Source: Macrostomum lignano
Taxonomy: Eukaryota
Length of the DNA stretch: 64,000 nucleotides
Direction of reading: 5' to 3'
Assembly: GCA_002269645.1 (NCBI GenBank)
Contig: NIVC01002045.1
Location: 1 to 64,000, forward strand
The notes below the pieces were generated by a model. That model saw only the letters and a list, made by a program, of their open reading frames with translations, had not been told where the DNA came from and did no database searches. Both the position numbers and the translations under genes were made by a program. Positions 59,981-64,000 of this stretch are shown here, piece by piece (positions within the stretch are counted from its first letter, which is position 1; every line of letters starts with the position of its first letter).

Positions 59981-61339
59981 ATGCGGTTGAATACTGCGCT
60001 GTTCTCCGCATTGCTGAGCACCCTGCTGCTGCAGCTGCTGCCACCAGCGTTGATGCAGAGCGTGCACGAATCCAGCTCCGCCGACTTGCTGTTCTCCAAG
60101 ATTTACGACGCTCATCTCTCGATGATTCCTCCGCCTAAAGTGAACGGTACATTTAATGTCACCTTTGACATGGCCATTGCGCAGCTACTGGAGCTCGTGA
60201 GTTCACTGACTCTGATTGCTATTCTGCCGCTTCGCTATACGACCGCTACTTTATACGTTGATTCGCTCAATTAGCGAAAAAATGATACTAATACTAAACA
60301 AAAAATAACTAATAATAAATATTAGTCGACGAATTGTTTCTTTGTAAATTTTTCCTCTGTTTCAAGCCGAAAGAAGTAAATGTTCTTCTCTTTGATGGGA
60401 TCGATACTGCAGGCACGTGATATTTTCAAATCGAGTGCAAGATCGGGTGCGCCTCCACTGCGGGTTGAAAGCGTCCCAGCAGTTTTACAGAATAAGAAAG
60501 GATTGGCAGGCGAGAGTAATGCAAATAAGATCAGAGGTTTATCCTGTTGTTTAACCGGTAATGCTCTAGAGTTTAATGAACTCATGCTATCATTAGTTAC
60601 AGACAACTTTATTACAGAGTTAATTAGTTACAGACAGCATTGCTGCAACGTTATCCTTCACTTGCTTCAGGACGAACTCAAGCAGACAGTCTCCATGCTC
60701 ACCTGGAGGAGAATGGTGAGTGTATTGACTGCCTTAAACACCTGTTGCCTGATTACGGCAGTACTCAAGTTGCTTTGATTTTGCAGTCCTGGTACGACAC
60801 CAGACTATCATGGCGGGGTCGCGTCTTCGATGGCAACCTGAGCTTCAACTCTATCGGCAGCATCAAGATTCCAAACAGCCAGATCTGGAAGCCGGACTTG
60901 GTCGTGTACAATGAGTGAGTCGAAATGTTTGTTTGATCTTCCATTTAGAATTTAGATGTCAATCAAAAATAATGAAATCACCAAACCGTCCACCCTCCGC
61001 AGTGTGAGGAAAACGGAGCTCGACTGGTCCCTCTACTACGCGTCAATTCAATCAGACGGCCTCGTTCGACTCAACACCCCCCAGCTGATGAAGCTGTCCT
61101 GCCCAATCAATGTCCAACTGTTTCCTTATGATAAGCAGGTGTGCAGGATGAAGATCGGCAGCTGGACAATGGATGGTTTTGAGCTCAACTTGCTCAACGC
61201 GAGCACGCACGCTGACCTGTCCTCGATGGCGGAGGACAACGAGTTCTGCCTCGTCAAGGCGCCGCTGGAGCGAAACGTGATAAAGTACGCGTGCTGCGAT
61301 GCGCCTTACCCGGACATTACGTACAGCATTTTGCTGCAG
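59981..61339 (+). CDS. Nicotinic acetylcholine receptor-like alpha subunit, copy D, exons 1-4 only (the rest is presumably beyond the window)
   Basis: Exons 59981-60196, 60671-60715, 60787-60914, 61003-61339. Exon 4 differs from copy B by two silent changes that I could find. Confidence 0.9.
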
Positions 61340-62850
61340 GTAAATGCGGCTTGTCAACCGGGCACGTTTTGGAGCTGTTCGGTGCACTTTCTACGCTAGG
61401 GTTGAGAACTGCCATTTCAGAGCGTACATGTAGCTCGCGTGTGCTGATTGGTTGGCTAAAATTCAAGCATGCGTGCGTACGGTAACATTTCCTGGTTTGT
61501 CACCCTGTGATTCTGTGGAAATATTTTTCATTTCGCTGTCACTGTTGCTTAGAGCTGGCTTAGCTGCAAATATCGACATTCTACTTGTGAATTAAATTAG
61601 GGGTTTTTCTGTGTTTCGCTCAAGTTTAGATGGAAAACAGCACTGCAGTCTGCCAGACTAAGGTTGAGAAACGAAATTACTCGCAGCTAGCAAAAATTTC
61701 AAAAAACTCCCATTCTAAAATCTCCTACCGTTAGAGAAAACGATGCTGAAAAATACCCTTGAGCTTCGAGAGCATGTTTGCCCTGTCTTTTTCTTGAGTT
61801 TGGAGAGCGATGCGTGATAATGAGACATAATGGAGAGCAAATACGCTCGGTGAGGGCCAAACCTGGAACCAGTTCTACCAAGCTTACTCAGCCGAGTTCC
61901 TGCATTTAATTCCGGGTACAGGCTGTAGCTAGAATGGCCTACAAGCTGCCTGCGCAAGGCTGCAAGACATGGTGATAAAAGATCTTGGGATTAATTTATT
62001 TAGTCCATTGCTCAGGCTTTAAGGTGTGTGAAGGGAACCTACTCATAAATGTTTTTTTTCATTCTTTGCATGCAGGCAGTGGAACGAGAGGACGCAGCTG
62101 TGGCGTAGACCAGTTGCTGCTGTAGGGGCTGTGGCAGAGGCAGAGAGCCAGCAGAAAAATGAGGGATGAAATGGCTCTGGAATTGACTGTTGATTACTTT
62201 GGGCACCGGCACTGAAACTTCGAGTGAGAGCTCAGCTCAATCCCAAGCAAGCGGGAACACACTGCTGTCCAAGGCAGAAGCAGAAAAATGCACCCTTAAT
62301 ATCACATGAAGGCTTTTAGGCTGATTGTTGCAATAATTTTAGCCCCGGTGTATGACTGGCGCTCATTGATCAAATTGAAAATATTCTGCCACTTTGCCTC
62401 TACTATTTAATGCTTTACTCTGCTCCTTCTATTCCATATACATGTATTAACTGGGCATTCGCTGCTCGTCTAATTGCCTGTGATCTTAATTTGGCATCTT
62501 TTCTACCGGTATTATCCAAGGGGGTTCCGATAATAGCAGGAAAATAACAGTCGATGAACCGACAGAGTTCAAGTCCAGAAATTAATGTATCTGGCATCAC
62601 TGAATGAAGCGGCACCAAGCCGAGGGCAACCAGTCAAACAGTCAGTAATGCAGCATCGCCATCAACTGATGAATTCTTTGACGAATTGACGCGAGTTTGA
62701 AGCTTGGTAAGGAAAATCTTTCACATTTGCAACAGGGTGTCCATAGTCGCCTGGTGTCACCCGTTAAAGTAGCCGACAGCGTCTCAGAGATATTAAGAGA
62801 CTAACTGAGGATGCCTAGCAGTTGAGGCTTGCCCACTGCGGAGGCTTGAT

Positions 62851-64000
62851 CAGAGACATCAGAGACATCAGAGACATCAAAGACATCAGAGACATCATAG
62901 ACATCAGAGACATCAGAGACATCAGAGACATCAGAGACATCAGAGACATCAGAGACATCAGAGACATCAGAGACATCAGAGACATCAGAGACATCAGAGA
63001 CATCATAGACATCAGAGACATCAGAGACATCAAAGACATCAGAGACATCATAGACATCAGAGACATCAGAGACATCAGAGACATCATAGACATCAGAGAC
63101 ATCATAGACATCAGAGACATCAGAGACATCAGAGACATCATAGACATCAGAGACATCAGAGACATCATAGACATCATAGACACCAGAGACATAAGAGACA
63201 TCAGAGACACCAGAGACACCAGAGACATCAGAGACACCAGAGACATCAGAGACACCAGAGACACCAGAGACATCAGAGACACCAGAGACATCAGAGACAC
63301 CAGAGACATCAGAGACACCAGAGACATCAGAGACACCAGAGACATCAGAGACACCAGAGACATCAGAGACACCAGAGACATCAGAGACACCAGAGACATC
63401 AGAGACACCAGAGACATCAGAGACATCAGAGACATCAGAGACATCAGAGACATCATAGACATCATAGACACCAGAGACATCAGAGACACCAGAGACATCA
63501 GAGACACCAGAGACATCAGAGACACCAGAGACATCAGAGACACCAGAGACATCAGAGACACCAGAGACATCAGAGACACCAGAGACATCAGAGACACCAG
63601 AGACATCAGAGACACCAGAGACATCAGAGACACCAGAGACATCAGAGACACCAGAGACATCAGAGACACCAGAGACATCAGAGACACCAGAGACATCAGA
63701 GACACCAGAGACATCAGAGACACCAGAGACATCAGAGACACCAGAGACATCAGAGACACCAGAGACATCAGAGACACCAGAGACATCAGAGACACCAGAG
63801 ACATCAGAGACACCAGAGACATCAGAGACACCAGAGACATCAGAGACACCAGAGACATCAGAGACACCAGAGACATCAGAGACACCAGAGACATCAGAGA
63901 CACCAGAGACATCAGAGACACCAGAGACATCAGAGACACCAGAGACATCAGAGACACCAGAGACATCAGAGACACCAGAGACATCAGAGACACCAGAGAC
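62851..64000. repeat. 9-bp satellite (AGAGACATC / AGAGACACC), about 128 units, running off the window
   Basis: Directly visible. The distal part alternates the two variants as an 18-bp unit. Confidence 0.98.

Noticed and set aside
21481-61339. Copies B, C and D as uncollapsed haplotypes or an assembly artefact
   Set aside because: They have distinct TSD-flanked insertions, intron divergence and mosaic exon differences. Read-level confirmation is still needed.
62815-63993. 392-aa minus-strand ORF (MSL/VSL repeats)
   Set aside because: It is the translation of a 9-bp satellite lacking stops in that frame, with no gene context.

Overview
Eukaryotic (metazoan) genomic DNA with GT-AG introns; no prokaryotic features. 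Composition, intron style and repeat load suggest a flatworm such as Macrostomum, but this is inference and not a database result. The backbone is a + strand tandem array of four 7-exon Cys-loop ligand-gated ion channel genes. They are alpha-type nicotinic acetylcholine receptor-like: copy A 6881-11984, B 21481-29938, C 40264-57721, and D from 59981 (partial). A collapsed fifth relic lies at about 14030-14325. Spacers and introns are packed with copy-specific mobile elements: a Gypsy remnant, two RTE-type insertions, an Ngaro/DIRS-like retroelement, a THAP/P-like DNA transposon, three LOA/R1-like non-LTR elements (one nested in another), a Penelope-like element with a nested hAT, tRNA-derived CORE-like SINEs, MITEs and several satellites. 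Best leads: (1) a covarying HDV-like ribozyme fold starting at the first base of both full-length LOA-like elements; (2) exon-restricted homogenisation of the pore exon across otherwise diverged receptor paralogues, with a divergent patch at ligand-binding loop C; (3) a canonical -1 frameshift signal and SAP-domain Gag in the Ngaro-like element, downstream of an AP-1/HSE/TATA module; (4) minimal hammerhead motifs in inverted Penelope pLTRs. All alignments and folds were done by eye.
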